Positions 17,540 through 26,801 of a stretch of DNA of 32,000 nucleotides are shown here, piece by piece. The position numbers and the translations under genes were made by a program. Below the pieces are notes generated by a model. The model was not told the origin of the DNA, ran no database searches, and worked only from the letters and a program-made list of their open reading frames with translations. Every line of letters starts with the position of its first letter. Within the stretch, counting starts at the first letter, position 1. Source of the stretch: Halomicronema hongdechloris C2206 (GTDB taxonomy: Bacteria; Cyanobacteriota; Cyanobacteriia; Phormidesmidales; Phormidesmidaceae); contig NZ_CP021983.2 of assembly GCF_002075285.3 (NCBI RefSeq), forward strand, positions 5,400,001 to 5,432,000, read 5' to 3'.

Positions 17540-18316
17540 CTAGCCCAGCAGATCCATGAGATCGCTAATGGAGTCCAACGCGACGTCAGGGATGACCTCA
17601 GAGCGGGCCGTTAGCTGCGGACGATACTTACCTGTCTTGACCAAAATGCCTGGCATGCCCATGGCCTGGGCACCGCCGACATCGGCCTCAATGTCATCCC
17701 CGACCATAGCCACCTGATCGGAGGATAACTTCAAGTCGTTCAAGGCTAGCTTAAAGAAGGAGGGAGAGGGTTTGCCCACGATAACCGCTGAGCGATCCGT
17801 CGCGTATTCTAAGCCGGTGACGAAGGCACCGATATCGAGCGAGAGGCCCGCTTCCCACTGCCAGTACTTACCCTTATGCAGGGCCACCAGCTCGGCCCCC
17901 TGCATGATTAGTCGGAAGGCTCGATTGAGGGTGCGATAGTTCCAGGCATCTCCCATGTCGCCAAGTACAACGACGTCGGCATTCGTGTCGGAGTAGGGAA
18001 AGTCGGCGAAATCTTGTTTAGCATCATCGGACAACAGCGGATAAATTTTGGGGGAACCCAGCTGTTGCAGGTAGAGCACAGCGGCGTAGGCAGCACTGAT
18101 GATTTCATGGGGCTCGATGGGTAAGCCAATGGATTTCAAGCTCTGGCTAAGGGACTGCGTCGATTCCGTGGTGTTGTTGGTGACAAAGCGATAGTTCATG
18201 GATGTGGTTTTCAGGGCCTGAATCATCTCAACGGCCCCGTCGAGAGGTCGATTGGCGACATAAAAGACACCATTGAGATCCAGCAGTAAGCCATGAACTG
18301 ATGGCAGGGAGGTCAT
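17540..18316 (-). CDS. HAD-IIA family hydrolase (LHPP-like subgroup)
   Basis: 258 aa. Motif I is LLDLNGVFY (D-x-N instead of D-x-D, as in the LHPP-type subgroup), then YRFVTNNTTES and MVGDDIEADVGGAQAMGM. Confidence 0.85.
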   Translation of the reverse strand: MTSLPSVHGLLLDLNGVFYVANRPLDGAVEMIQALKTTSMNYRFVTNNTTESTQSLSQSLKSIGLPIEPHEIISAAYAAVLYLQQLGSPKIYPLLSDDAKQDFADFPYSDTNADVVVLGDMGDAWNYRTLNRAFRLIMQGAELVALHKGKYWQWEAGLSLDIGAFVTGLEYATDRSAVIVGKPSPSFFKLALNDLKLSSDQVAMVGDDIEADVGGAQAMGMPGILVKTGKYRPQLTARSEVIPDVALDSISDLMDLLG

Positions 18317-18585
18317 GGTGAGAGGTCCTCCATGGGTGGGATGTAATCCAATCTTGTGATTGGGATGATGGTACTCTGCTGCTAAGGAGCCTATCGAATT
18401 ATTCTCGACGATACAGGCTCTCAGGTTACCAAGTGGCCGGCAATAGCGTTAGAGAGTGTCGGTACTGGTTCAGCCTCAAATGTTGTGGCGCTGCGAGCGT
18501 TTAGGGGATTATGGTTCGATGTACAAAAATCTAGCGGTTGACTAAGTTCGCTATAATCGCCTCATTGAGATTGGCATCGGCTGTC

Positions 18586-19143
18586 GTGATCGCCATTTAT
18601 CCCGGTAGCTTTGATCCGATTACTCTGGGCCACTTAGATATCATTCAGCGGGGTAGCCGTCTGTTTGATCGGGTCGTTGTTGTGGTCTCCAGCAACCCCC
18701 ACAAGGTGCCGTTGTTCTCTACGGAACAGCGGTTGCAACAGATTCGCCAATCGGTGAGTCCCCTTCCCAATGTTGAGGTAGACCAGTATGAGGGATTGAC
18801 AGTTACCTACGCTAAAGCCCGTCAGGCTCAGGTGCTGTTACGGGGACTGCGAGTGCTGTCAGACTTTGAAAAAGAGTTGCAGATGGCCCACACCAATAAG
18901 ACTTTGGCAGATGATCTGGAAACGGTGTTTCTAGCTACATCTACCGAGTATGGCTTCCTCAGTAGCAGTTTGGTCAAAGAGATTGCCCGGTTTGGCGGGC
19001 CTGTTGACCACCTTGTCCCCCAGCACGTTGCACTCGATATCTACCAATGCTACGCCAAGACTCCACTCCTATCGGTCCCCAACGCAACGGCGTCTCAGAA
19101 GCCGCCGCCGTCACCTCTTCCTCCCCCGAAGGGAGCCGATTAG
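18586..19143 (+). CDS. coaD: Phosphopantetheine adenylyltransferase
   Basis: The in-frame GTG at 18586 gives the canonical (M)[20 protein letters not shown]-terminus. A perfect TATAAT at 18552..18557 lies inside the longer TTG-initiated track ORF, which argues against that start. There is a ~27-aa Pro-rich tail beyond the conserved core. Confidence 0.9.
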   Translation: MIAIYPGSFDPITLGHLDIIQRGSRLFDRVVVVVSSNPHKVPLFSTEQRLQQIRQSVSPLPNVEVDQYEGLTVTYAKARQAQVLLRGLRVLSDFEKELQMAHTNKTLADDLETVFLATSTEYGFLSSSLVKEIARFGGPVDHLVPQHVALDIYQCYAKTPLLSVPNATASQKPPPSPLPPPKGAD

Positions 19144-19790
19144 ACATTCAGGCTGCCTTGAATAAGCTGGAAGAGATGATCCTGGCGAGTCCGCGGCTAC
19201 CGTTGAGTCGTCGCACCCTGGTTGATGAAGATTTGCTGCTGGATCAACTCGACTTCATTCGTATTAATTTGCCCACGGCCCTGCAAGAAGCGACGCAGGT
19301 TATCCAAGAGCGCGAGGCAATTCTGAGCGAGGCTGAGCGCTACGCAGATAATATGGTCACTGCGGCTGAACAACGGGCCGCGCAAATGCTGGATGAAACG
19401 GGTATTGTGCAGCAGGCTGAACAGACGGCCCAACAGCTCAAGACCCAGGTGCAACAAGAGTGTGACGCGTTGCGATCGCAAACCTTAGCCGAGATCGATC
19501 AAATGCGGCTGCAGGCCCAGCGGGAATGGGAAGCGATGCGGCAGCAAGCCCTAGCCGAGCAACAAACCATCCAACAAGACGCCGATACCTACGCCGAACA
19601 GGTATTGGATCAAATCGAGAACCAGCTGGCGGAAATGCTGCGGGTCATCCACAACGGTCGCCAGCAGCTACAGTCCGCTGCACCTGAGGCCTCATCACCT
19701 GCCCCCAGTAACCGGCAGCGCCCCCCCAGTGGACGCCCCGCCAACCTGCGCTCCCCTTCTCCCCCCGGTGCCGAGCGCCCCCGTCGATAA
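19047..19790 (+). CDS. DivIVA-like coiled-coil protein (Cdv3-type cyanobacterial division protein candidate)
   Basis: 247 aa. [45 protein letters not shown] is followed by a long Q/E/A-rich coiled coil and a Pro-rich tail. ATG 19047 is the only canonical start in frame and overlaps coaD by 97 nt. Confidence 0.65.
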   Translation: MLRQDSTPIGPQRNGVSEAAAVTSSSPEGSRLDIQAALNKLEEMILASPRLPLSRRTLVDEDLLLDQLDFIRINLPTALQEATQVIQEREAILSEAERYADNMVTAAEQRAAQMLDETGIVQQAEQTAQQLKTQVQQECDALRSQTLAEIDQMRLQAQREWEAMRQQALAEQQTIQQDADTYAEQVLDQIENQLAEMLRVIHNGRQQLQSAAPEASSPAPSNRQRPPSGRPANLRSPSPPGAERPRR

Positions 19791-19819
19791 CCAGGCCGTA
19801 TCGCTTCCCTCCTCGGCCT

Positions 19820-20446
19820 ATGATCAGCTATCTCAAAGGCATCCTCACCGACGTCAATTCCCTGGGAGGTCATCGCGTCCTCATTACCCTAGATGTCAAC
19901 CACGTCGGCTACGACCTGCAGGTAACCGCCCGCTTACGGCCCGACTTACCCCCCATCGGTGAGCTAGTGCAGGTATTCAGTCACCTGCAGCTGCGGGAAG
20001 ACCAGATGATCCTGTTCGGGTTTCCCTCGCGGGCTGAGCGGGACCTGTTCCGCCGCCTCGTCAGCGTCAGCGGCATTGGCCCCCAGATGGCCATGGCCTT
20101 ACTAGATACCCTGGGGTTTCAAGAGCTGATTCAAGCGGTGGTCTCTGGCAATACTCGACTGCTGAGTCGAACCCCCGGCGTGGGAAAAAAGACCGCTGAA
20201 CGCATTGTTTTAGACCTCAAGGAAACGTTAGCCGAATGGCGCCACCAGTCCGGCTTAGAACTTCCTCCTGGTGGAGGACCGATAGCCACCGTCGCCGAGG
20301 AAGTCGAAATTACCCTGCTGGCCTTAGGCTATAGCAGCGGGGAAATCGTCACTGCCCTGCAGGCTGTGGGACAACAGACCACGCTGGCTAAGACCGAGGA
20401 TCCCGATGCCTGGGTCAGGGAAGCCATTGCCTGGTTGAGTCGTTAA
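19820..20446 (+). CDS. ruvA: Holliday junction branch migration complex subunit RuvA
   Basis: 208 aa. MISYLKGIL...VGYDLQV (OB domain), SVSGIGPQMAMALL and TPGVGKKTAERIVLDLK (HhH motifs), plus the C-terminal domain III. Confidence 0.95.
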   Translation: MISYLKGILTDVNSLGGHRVLITLDVNHVGYDLQVTARLRPDLPPIGELVQVFSHLQLREDQMILFGFPSRAERDLFRRLVSVSGIGPQMAMALLDTLGFQELIQAVVSGNTRLLSRTPGVGKKTAERIVLDLKETLAEWRHQSGLELPPGGGPIATVAEEVEITLLALGYSSGEIVTALQAVGQQTTLAKTEDPDAWVREAIAWLSR

Positions 20447-20512
20447 TCCAACCCCCAAAGACCTATGATATGATTAATAACTCTGGATTGGCTGAAGGAA
20501 GCATATTGGAGT

Positions 20513-20782
20513 ATGGTGCTGCAGCAAGTACGCAAGCAGGAACTTATCTCGACCTACCAGGTACATGAGACGGACACCGGCTCGGCTGATGTCCAGGTGG
20601 CAATTCTCACCGAGCGCATTAACAGTCTCAGTACTCACTTGCAGAAAAATAAAAAAGACTACTCATCTCGCCGCGGCTTGATGAAAATGATCGGTCGTCG
20701 CAAGCGACTACTCTCCTTCATTTTTCGAGAAGATCCAGACCGCTATCGGGCCCTGATCAAAAAGCTAGGGATTCGCGGTTAG
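20513..20782 (+). CDS. rpsO: 30S ribosomal protein S15
   Basis: 89 aa. [55 protein letters not shown] sits 4 nt upstream of the ATG. Confidence 0.97.
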   Translation: MVLQQVRKQELISTYQVHETDTGSADVQVAILTERINSLSTHLQKNKKDYSSRRGLMKMIGRRKRLLSFIFREDPDRYRALIKKLGIRG

Positions 20783-20830
20783 TAGCCGCCCTAGTGTCAT
20801 GATTATTCTTGTCGCTCAGCACTAAATCCT

Positions 20831-21313
20831 ATGGCTTCTGAGTCCCAACGCGATCCATTACCCTTTGAACCGAAGCGCCAGCATAAAAAGGCCGCCTCCG
20901 AGACTGGGGCTGGCCGAAAAGAATCGTCTAAATCGGCAGCTAAGGCAGAGGCTTCATCTGACCCACAAGCATCTCGGCAGGCGACAAGGATTCCGGAAGT
21001 GATTAGTCGCCGCATGCTTCGGCGTATGCTGATCTTTTCTGGGGTTCCCACTGGCTTGGGAGTTGTGGTCTTTTTCTCCTGCTACTTTCTGATCACCCAC
21101 GATATCGTGGAGCTTCCCAATGTGGTGGTGCTCTTGGCGACCATGGGGTGTTTTGGCATAGGAGTGTTGGGGTTAAGCTACGGAGCCCTGTCCTCCTCTT
21201 GGGAGGAAGATCGTCTGGGAGGCTGGCTAGGCGTAGCTGAATTTGGCACTAACTTCAACCGCCTCGCCGCAGCCTGGCGAACCAATCGCGAGTCTTCGTC
21301 TCAAGACTCCTGA
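20831..21313 (+). CDS. pam68: PAM68-family photosystem II assembly factor (DUF3464)
   Basis: 160 aa. N-terminal LPFEPKRQHKK, then IPEVISRRMLRRMLIFSGVPTGLG and two TM helices, resembling Sll0933/PAM68. Confidence 0.8.
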   Translation: MASESQRDPLPFEPKRQHKKAASETGAGRKESSKSAAKAEASSDPQASRQATRIPEVISRRMLRRMLIFSGVPTGLGVVVFFSCYFLITHDIVELPNVVVLLATMGCFGIGVLGLSYGALSSSWEEDRLGGWLGVAEFGTNFNRLAAAWRTNRESSSQDS

Positions 21314-21402
21314 GCGCTAAGGCAATGTCTCAGGACTAGTACACCATGGCAGCAATATGCTCACCATTCAGAATGCTTGAAAAGCCTATCTGCTCGGAGT
21401 TT

Positions 21403-21428
21403 GAATTTTGAATTTTGAATTTTGAATT
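21403..21428. repeat. Heptanucleotide tandem repeat (GAATTTT) x ~3.7
   Basis: gaatttt gaatttt gaatttt gaatt in the convergent intergenic region, preceded by a degenerate gagttt copy. Its period matches that of cyanobacterial STRR-type heptamer repeats. Confidence 0.8.
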
Positions 21429-21475
21429 CCGTGCAGCGGTACTAGCTAGCAGGCCAATCGCACGTTCATCACTCA

Positions 21476-22792
21476 CTATTGGAACGGATCTGAGGGCTCT
21501 TCTGGCTGGTTGGCGGTCATCATCTCTTTCACCTGCCGCTCCATTTGCTTTAGCAGTTGAATGATAGCTGGCAGGGTTTCATTGCGAGTGTGGGGAGTGT
21601 TGAGGCTATGGTGGCCACGGCTGCGAATCTCATTGAGCCGTATTTGCAAGTCTTGGGCAATCGTCAGCGCATCTCGGCCTAATTTGTCTATCTGCTGTTG
21701 CTGATGGAATTTCAGTGCCATTCCTCGTAGTACCTGCAGGGTGGCTTCTTCGCCATGCTTGCTAGGCATGACGCGAAATCGTAATAGCACTCGATCTTGC
21801 TGGTATAGGCGCTCGACTTCCACCTGTTTAGGCTTACTCACCGGAATCAAGGAAATATGGGTGAGTAGCTTCAGTTCATTGATAACCGCCTGAAAGACGG
21901 AGGATGGCACTGAGTTCAGCACGGACTGCAACACACCATCCTTACTCCAGAGAATGCGGCCCTCTTGAGAGCGCCGCTCAAAATAGAGGCGGCCGATCCC
22001 TTCTGCCAAGACTCGAGCCAATAGGGCTTGCATTAATTCTTTGGGCGGGAGCTGAGCTAGAGTGTCTGGGTCAGCCTGCTGATAGGTGGCGTTGAGTTGT
22101 AAATGTAACGGGGCTGACGGAGTTGCGGCAGGGGCCGACGGATCTGTTGCCTGGTCATTGTCACCGGCAGATTGGCCCGGGAGTGGCGAAGGTGTGGTGG
22201 TCTGGGGTGTGGCGACTTCGGCGGCCTTGCCATCGGATGGCGTGTCTGCTGCGGCTGGATCAGATTTAGATAGGGATGGCGTTGTAGCCGCAGCCGGAGT
22301 CTTGGCTGGCGGTTTGGCAGGAGCAGAGGCCTCTGATGGGCTGGGTTGATCCCTCTCACTCTCTAGCTGATCGGGATAGTCTACGACCAGGGTAGCCTGA
22401 GCATCGGCGGGGGAGGATTGCCCGGTAACTGCGGCCTGCTTTTTATGCTTGGCCTTAGCCATATGGCTGAGATACTTAGAGAGAATTTCTCGATGCCAAT
22501 CTGAGGGAATGGCCTGGGGAATTACGGAATAGTTAATGTATGAAATTTGACGGCGCACATACTCTAGAGCCGTTTGATCGCCCGGGGACACCATCCCCAA
22601 ATAGAGGCGACTGCCTTCCACTGCAATCGGCAGAACCTGATGGTACAGACAGGCTTCAAATGGCAAGATGCCATCAATTAGGGTGAAGGTCTGGGATAGA
22701 TCGGTAGACTCTTGAGTTGATGAGACTCCCAAGACTTCCGCCCCAGAGAAAATAGGCTGATCCGCCTCTGAGTTGTCGGGCCGAGACGACAT
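21476..22792 (-). CDS. PilB/GspE-like protein with N1 (T2SSE_N) and N2-like domains but no ATPase domain
   Basis: 438 aa. ILPFEACLYHQVLPIAVEGSRLYLGMVSPGDQTALEYVRRQ is T2SSE_N-like. A ~110-aa P/A/T/S-rich low-complexity linker follows. Then RLYFERRSQEGRILWSKDGVLQSV...LRFRVMPSKHGEEATLQVLRG resembles the PilB/GspE N2 domain. I found no GxxxxGK[ST] Walker A anywhere. The C-terminus is a short helical tail. Confidence 0.8.
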   Translation of the reverse strand: MSSRPDNSEADQPIFSGAEVLGVSSTQESTDLSQTFTLIDGILPFEACLYHQVLPIAVEGSRLYLGMVSPGDQTALEYVRRQISYINYSVIPQAIPSDWHREILSKYLSHMAKAKHKKQAAVTGQSSPADAQATLVVDYPDQLESERDQPSPSEASAPAKPPAKTPAAATTPSLSKSDPAAADTPSDGKAAEVATPQTTTPSPLPGQSAGDNDQATDPSAPAATPSAPLHLQLNATYQQADPDTLAQLPPKELMQALLARVLAEGIGRLYFERRSQEGRILWSKDGVLQSVLNSVPSSVFQAVINELKLLTHISLIPVSKPKQVEVERLYQQDRVLLRFRVMPSKHGEEATLQVLRGMALKFHQQQQIDKLGRDALTIAQDLQIRLNEIRSRGHHSLNTPHTRNETLPAIIQLLKQMERQVKEMMTANQPEEPSDPFQ

Positions 22793-22905
22793 AGATCCAG
22801 CAGATGAAAGGGTACTAGCTCTATGCTAAGCATTCATCTTCAGGATGGCTTAGTCCGGACTATATTCTGCAATGTTTGATAGCGGTTGATGACGTTGCGG
22901 TTAAG

Positions 22906-24051
22906 TTAACCATTGGACTCATTGGTCCGACTGCGCCATCCCTGCGCCTCTAGGTACAATTGAGCCCATTCTGATTGCACCTGTTTAGGGGACAGATTCA
23001 ATTGCTGTGCGATCGCATCGATGGACTGGCCCTGCTTAAATTGCTCGATGATCTGTCGCTGCAGGTCATTACAGGACGCCCAGAATTGCTCCCACTGGGT
23101 GGGGGTCAGCCCCAAATTATGCTCCGATGGAGAAATCTTCAGCCAGTTCAACACCAACTCCGGCTGCTCCTTCAGGGTGAAGACACGCACGGCATGATAG
23201 CTGATCTTTTCCCGCAACCGGTAGACCTGCCTGACCGGTAGATTCAAGCGCTGGGCAATCGTATCCTGAGAGCACCCCTGCAAATGCAGCTCCAGCCAGC
23301 GGGTAGCCGTATGATCCAGCTTTTGGCTAAGGTAGGTCATGAACTCCTGTTTTACCTGGGCCCGCAGGATCTGTTGCTCAGTCATGGCAGCCTGTTCCTG
23401 ATAGTGGAAGAGGGCCTGCACATCCAGCAAGCTGAGAGAGGCTTCGGGATCGTCAGTGGCCACCTCATCCGAGACCAAACGCACCAATTCTCCAGTGGGC
23501 ACCTGAGTCATGCCAGCCTTTTGAGACCGACGCAGATAGTTGACGAAGCGATAGACCACCAGGGGCTGATTCCGAATCGGCCGTAGACAATACTCCTCTA
23601 ACGTGGCTAGGGTCAACAGGTTCCGCAACCAGGACTGACGGCTACAGCGAGCCACCCAGGTTATCTGCTGCCGCAGGTGGCGATCGCTCTGCAGCATATC
23701 TTGCAAGACCTCTTGCAATACATCTTGAACCGTGCGCTTGCGATCGCGACTGAGGGCAATCCAGGTGCGAATCTTACTGCGAATTAGAAACAGACTACTC
23801 AATCGTCGCAGTAACCGCTGATAGGCCACATCGGCACTGATGCCCCAATACCGTTGGCGCAGAATTCGGTAGCGATAGTCCAGGGCTTGTTTAACAATCG
23901 CCAGCTCGTCTGCCGCCAAATGGTTCAGCTGTTCCGGCGTTTCCCCCACCAGCCACTGAACCATACTGTCTCGAATGGCCTGTCCCTGGTCAGGACAGTC
24001 CTGTTGCAGCCGCTGCCGCCATTCCTGAATTAAATCATCCGCCGCCGTCAT
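22906..24051 (-). CDS. HetZ-related-like DNA-binding regulator (two sigma-70 region-4/LuxR-type HTH segments)
   Basis: The probable start is MTAADDLIQEW (ATG 24051); the track uses a TTG at 24159. YRYRILRQRYWG...IRTWIALSRDRKRTVQDVLQEVLQDMLQSD...LVVYRFVNYLRR matches my recollection of HetZ/HetZ-related proteins. The HTH-like segments are CSQDTIAQRLNLPVRQVYRLREK and QSIDAIAQQLNLSPKQVQSEW. Confidence 0.6.
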   Translation of the reverse strand: MTAADDLIQEWRQRLQQDCPDQGQAIRDSMVQWLVGETPEQLNHLAADELAIVKQALDYRYRILRQRYWGISADVAYQRLLRRLSSLFLIRSKIRTWIALSRDRKRTVQDVLQEVLQDMLQSDRHLRQQITWVARCSRQSWLRNLLTLATLEEYCLRPIRNQPLVVYRFVNYLRRSQKAGMTQVPTGELVRLVSDEVATDDPEASLSLLDVQALFHYQEQAAMTEQQILRAQVKQEFMTYLSQKLDHTATRWLELHLQGCSQDTIAQRLNLPVRQVYRLREKISYHAVRVFTLKEQPELVLNWLKISPSEHNLGLTPTQWEQFWASCNDLQRQIIEQFKQGQSIDAIAQQLNLSPKQVQSEWAQLYLEAQGWRSRTNESNG

Positions 24052-24793
24052 GAATATGAGGCTTCCCCCGTATGTAAACAGTCTGTTTGCAACTGGGTCT
24101 AGTCCAGCTCGAGAGTGACCATTGCCCTGCAACCAGCCTCTATGGCTGACTCTGGACAACGGTAAGTCTTGAACCGTCGATCGATGATGAGCTCAGCATC
24201 CCAGGGAACTGTGGGTTAACCGCGTAGGACTTATCTTAATATCCCGCTCCGGGTCTCCCCTAGTTATCTAAGGAAATGGGCGCTTCCATAGCCACCATCA
24301 CCCCACGGCAGCCAATCGCTGGGCCGATGCTATAGAATCGCTAAAATGGTCTGCCTGCTTGACGTGAAGGGCACAAAGCCATCCGCATGACTGTGGGCAA
24401 CCCAGGACTGTCCATTCACAAGCGTGTCCTACTTAAGCACAACTTTACAAGAATTTCACATAACCGAGCTAATTTTGGCTCTTTTAAGAAGATTCGACCA
24501 ATCGTAGCAGGCCGTTCCCCTCGGTGTTCACGGTTATCAGTAGGCTATGGTCGTAGCCTATTTCTGTATTTTTACCCAATCTTCCTAATACAGAGGGTCT
24601 GGGGGTCAGTCCGGACAGTTATCAGCCAGGATTACCTCGCCCCCGCCAATTCCTTCCAGCTGGACGTAGGGCTTGCCGAGCCAGTGGCATCCTCCCTTAG
24701 TAGGCATGGCGGTTAGTTCACACCGGGCTCTAAATACCTCTTCTGTTCTCTGTCCGCTGCCTTTTCCCCGCTAACTCCACTCCGATAGTGACC

Positions 24794-25450
24794 ATGTCTG
24801 CCTTCACCAGTACTGTCACCTCCCCGGTCGAGTATGCCTGCATCCATCCCTCGGCGTCGTGCTTGATCAAGCGGGCCATGGATATCCTAGGAGCACTCTT
24901 GGGGTTGAGCCTGTTAGTCTTAATCCTATTGCCAGTTGCGATCGCAATTAAGCTCGACAGTGCTGGTCCTGTTTTCTACTCCCAGGTCCGATACGGGTTG
25001 CAGGGCAGACCCTTCCGGATTTGGAAGTTTCGTTCCATGGTCTCCAATGCCGAGGCCCTGCGTACCCTAGTGGCCAATGAAGCTCAGGGGCATATCTTCA
25101 AGAACCAGAATGACCCCCGCATCACCCGAACCGGCCGCTGGTTGCGCCGTACTAGCCTAGACGAGTTTCCCCAGTTCTGGAATGTATTAAAGGGAGATAT
25201 GAGCCTAGTGGGCACTCGTCCCCCCACTGCCGATGAAGTGGCTAACTATGCTCCCCATCACTGGCGCCGCCTGGATGTGAAGCCAGGGTTGACCGGGCAG
25301 TGGCAGGTCAATGGCCGCTCCTGCGTGACAGACTTCGAAGCCATCGTGCAGCTGGATTTAGATTATCAATCCCGCTGGAGCCCCCTATACGACTTGCACC
25401 TGATCTTGAAAACAGTTCAGGTAATTCTGAAGCGATCTGGGGCTTATTGA
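24794..25450 (+). CDS. Polyprenyl-phosphate sugar phosphotransferase (bacterial sugar transferase, WbaP/EpsL-like)
   Basis: One TM helix, then GPVFYSQVRYGLQGRPFRIWKFRSM...DPRITRTGRWLRRTSLDEFPQFWNVLKGDMSLVGTRPP. The ATG at 24794 is 2 codons inside the GTG track start. Confidence 0.9.
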   Translation: MSAFTSTVTSPVEYACIHPSASCLIKRAMDILGALLGLSLLVLILLPVAIAIKLDSAGPVFYSQVRYGLQGRPFRIWKFRSMVSNAEALRTLVANEAQGHIFKNQNDPRITRTGRWLRRTSLDEFPQFWNVLKGDMSLVGTRPPTADEVANYAPHHWRRLDVKPGLTGQWQVNGRSCVTDFEAIVQLDLDYQSRWSPLYDLHLILKTVQVILKRSGAY

Positions 25451-25489
25451 CTGGAGCCTATTGATACGTCTCCGCAACTAGACCTAGAC

Positions 25490-26512
25490 TTACACCGTTG
25501 CCACCGGCGGTGTCATGCCGTGACGTACCTGATGCCACTGCCAGGCGTGAGCGATGATGTCCTGTAACTCAGGGTAGCGAGGCTGCCACCCCAGACGTTG
25601 ACGGGCCTTGTCGCTGCTGCCCACCAGCATGGCCGGATCCCCAGGACGGCGCTCACAGGCTATGGCTTGAATCGGGCGGCCAGTCACTTGGCGAGCGGTT
25701 TCGATCACCTGCTTGACGGAAAAGCCATTGCCATTGCCTAGATTAAAGGCGTCAGCAGCCCCTCCATGCAGCAAATAATCTAGCCCCAAGACATGGGCAC
25801 TGGCCAGATCGCTCACATGAATATAGTCGCGAATGCAGGTGCCGTCTGGGGTATCGTAGTCACTGCCAAAGATAGAAATGGACTGGCGCCGGCCCAAGGC
25901 CGCCATCAGGACCAGGGGAATCAGGTGAGTTTCCGGGGTGTGGTCTTCCCCGAGTCGCCCCTGGGGATCGGCTCCGGCAGCATTGAAGTACCGGAAGCAG
26001 ACTGACCGCAGCCCATAGGCAGTGCCGAAGTCGGTCAGCATCCTTTCAACCATCTGCTTGCTACTGGCATAGGGACTGATGGGGTTCTGGGGATGGTCTT
26101 CGGTAATTGGGATCTGCTGAGGAGGGCCATAGATGGCACAGGTGGAGGAAAACACCAGATGCGGCACTGAGGCCGCTGCCATGGCCTCTAACAGGGTGAG
26201 GGTGCCGGTGACGTTGTTGCGATAGTATTTGGCTGGATCCGTGACCGATTCGCCCACGGCGATGTAGGCAGCAAAATGCATCACTGCCCCGATGTTGCGG
26301 GTGGCGAATAGGTGGTCTAACAAGATGCGATCGCAGGTGTTGCCCACCACCAGCTCCGCCTGTAACGAGCGTTCCACCAACTCCGCGTGTCCGTATTCCA
26401 GGCTATCTAAAATCACCACTGGATAGCCAGCGGCTTCTAGGGCCAGAGCGGCATGGGAGCCGATATAGCCAGCCCCGCCGGTGACCAAAACTGTGGGTTT
26501 TTCCATACTCAT
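25490..26512 (-). CDS. galE: UDP-glucose 4-epimerase
   Basis: 340 aa. VLVTGGAGYIGSH Rossmann motif, YASSK catalytic YxxxK, typical GalE length. Confidence 0.92.
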   Translation of the reverse strand: MSMEKPTVLVTGGAGYIGSHAALALEAAGYPVVILDSLEYGHAELVERSLQAELVVGNTCDRILLDHLFATRNIGAVMHFAAYIAVGESVTDPAKYYRNNVTGTLTLLEAMAAASVPHLVFSSTCAIYGPPQQIPITEDHPQNPISPYASSKQMVERMLTDFGTAYGLRSVCFRYFNAAGADPQGRLGEDHTPETHLIPLVLMAALGRRQSISIFGSDYDTPDGTCIRDYIHVSDLASAHVLGLDYLLHGGAADAFNLGNGNGFSVKQVIETARQVTGRPIQAIACERRPGDPAMLVGSSDKARQRLGWQPRYPELQDIIAHAWQWHQVRHGMTPPVATV

Positions 26513-26801
26513 AGACTCAATTGTCCTCAGAACCCCAGGCTCCTGGGGGCGCCATTATCCCTCCCACTCTGGCACGGGGTAGCAGCACCGACAATGACGG
26601 AGCCGTCAGGTTTGTATCTCCTTTACAGGGGAGGCCTATCCTCGGGGGCAGCTTTATGAAGTGATGCTGGGGCGGCAGCTTGCCTTCATAACTTTCTCAA
26701 ACTCTTACCTTAGCCTGAGACCATAATAGACAGATGTGTCAGAAGCTGCGGGGCCGTATGAGCCAGATCAACTGCCCTGATCCCAGTGCCTTTGAGCAGG
26801 C

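Noticed and set aside
18538-18557. TTGACT ... TATAAT looking like a consensus promoter upstream of coaD
   Set aside because: The spacing is only 8 nt, so the two hexamers cannot act as a -35/-10 pair. I used only the TATAAT, as weak support for the downstream GTG start.
21335-21446. CTAGTAC/GTACTAG 7-bp inverted repeat flanking the heptamer microsatellite
   Set aside because: The arms are ~100 nt apart and short. This is compatible with chance, and there is no supporting structure.
24592-24616. G-rich segment GAGGGTCTGGGGGTCAGTCCGGAC, considered as a HetR-type binding site upstream of the HetZ-like gene
   Set aside because: The known HetR site is a GGGG...CCCC inverted repeat. This segment is not palindromic apart from a trivial GTCCGGAC.
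24387-24716. 109-aa ORF in the long intergenic region
   Set aside because: It has no SD, an odd composition and no recognisable motif. It spans the terminator-like hairpin. It is more likely non-coding.
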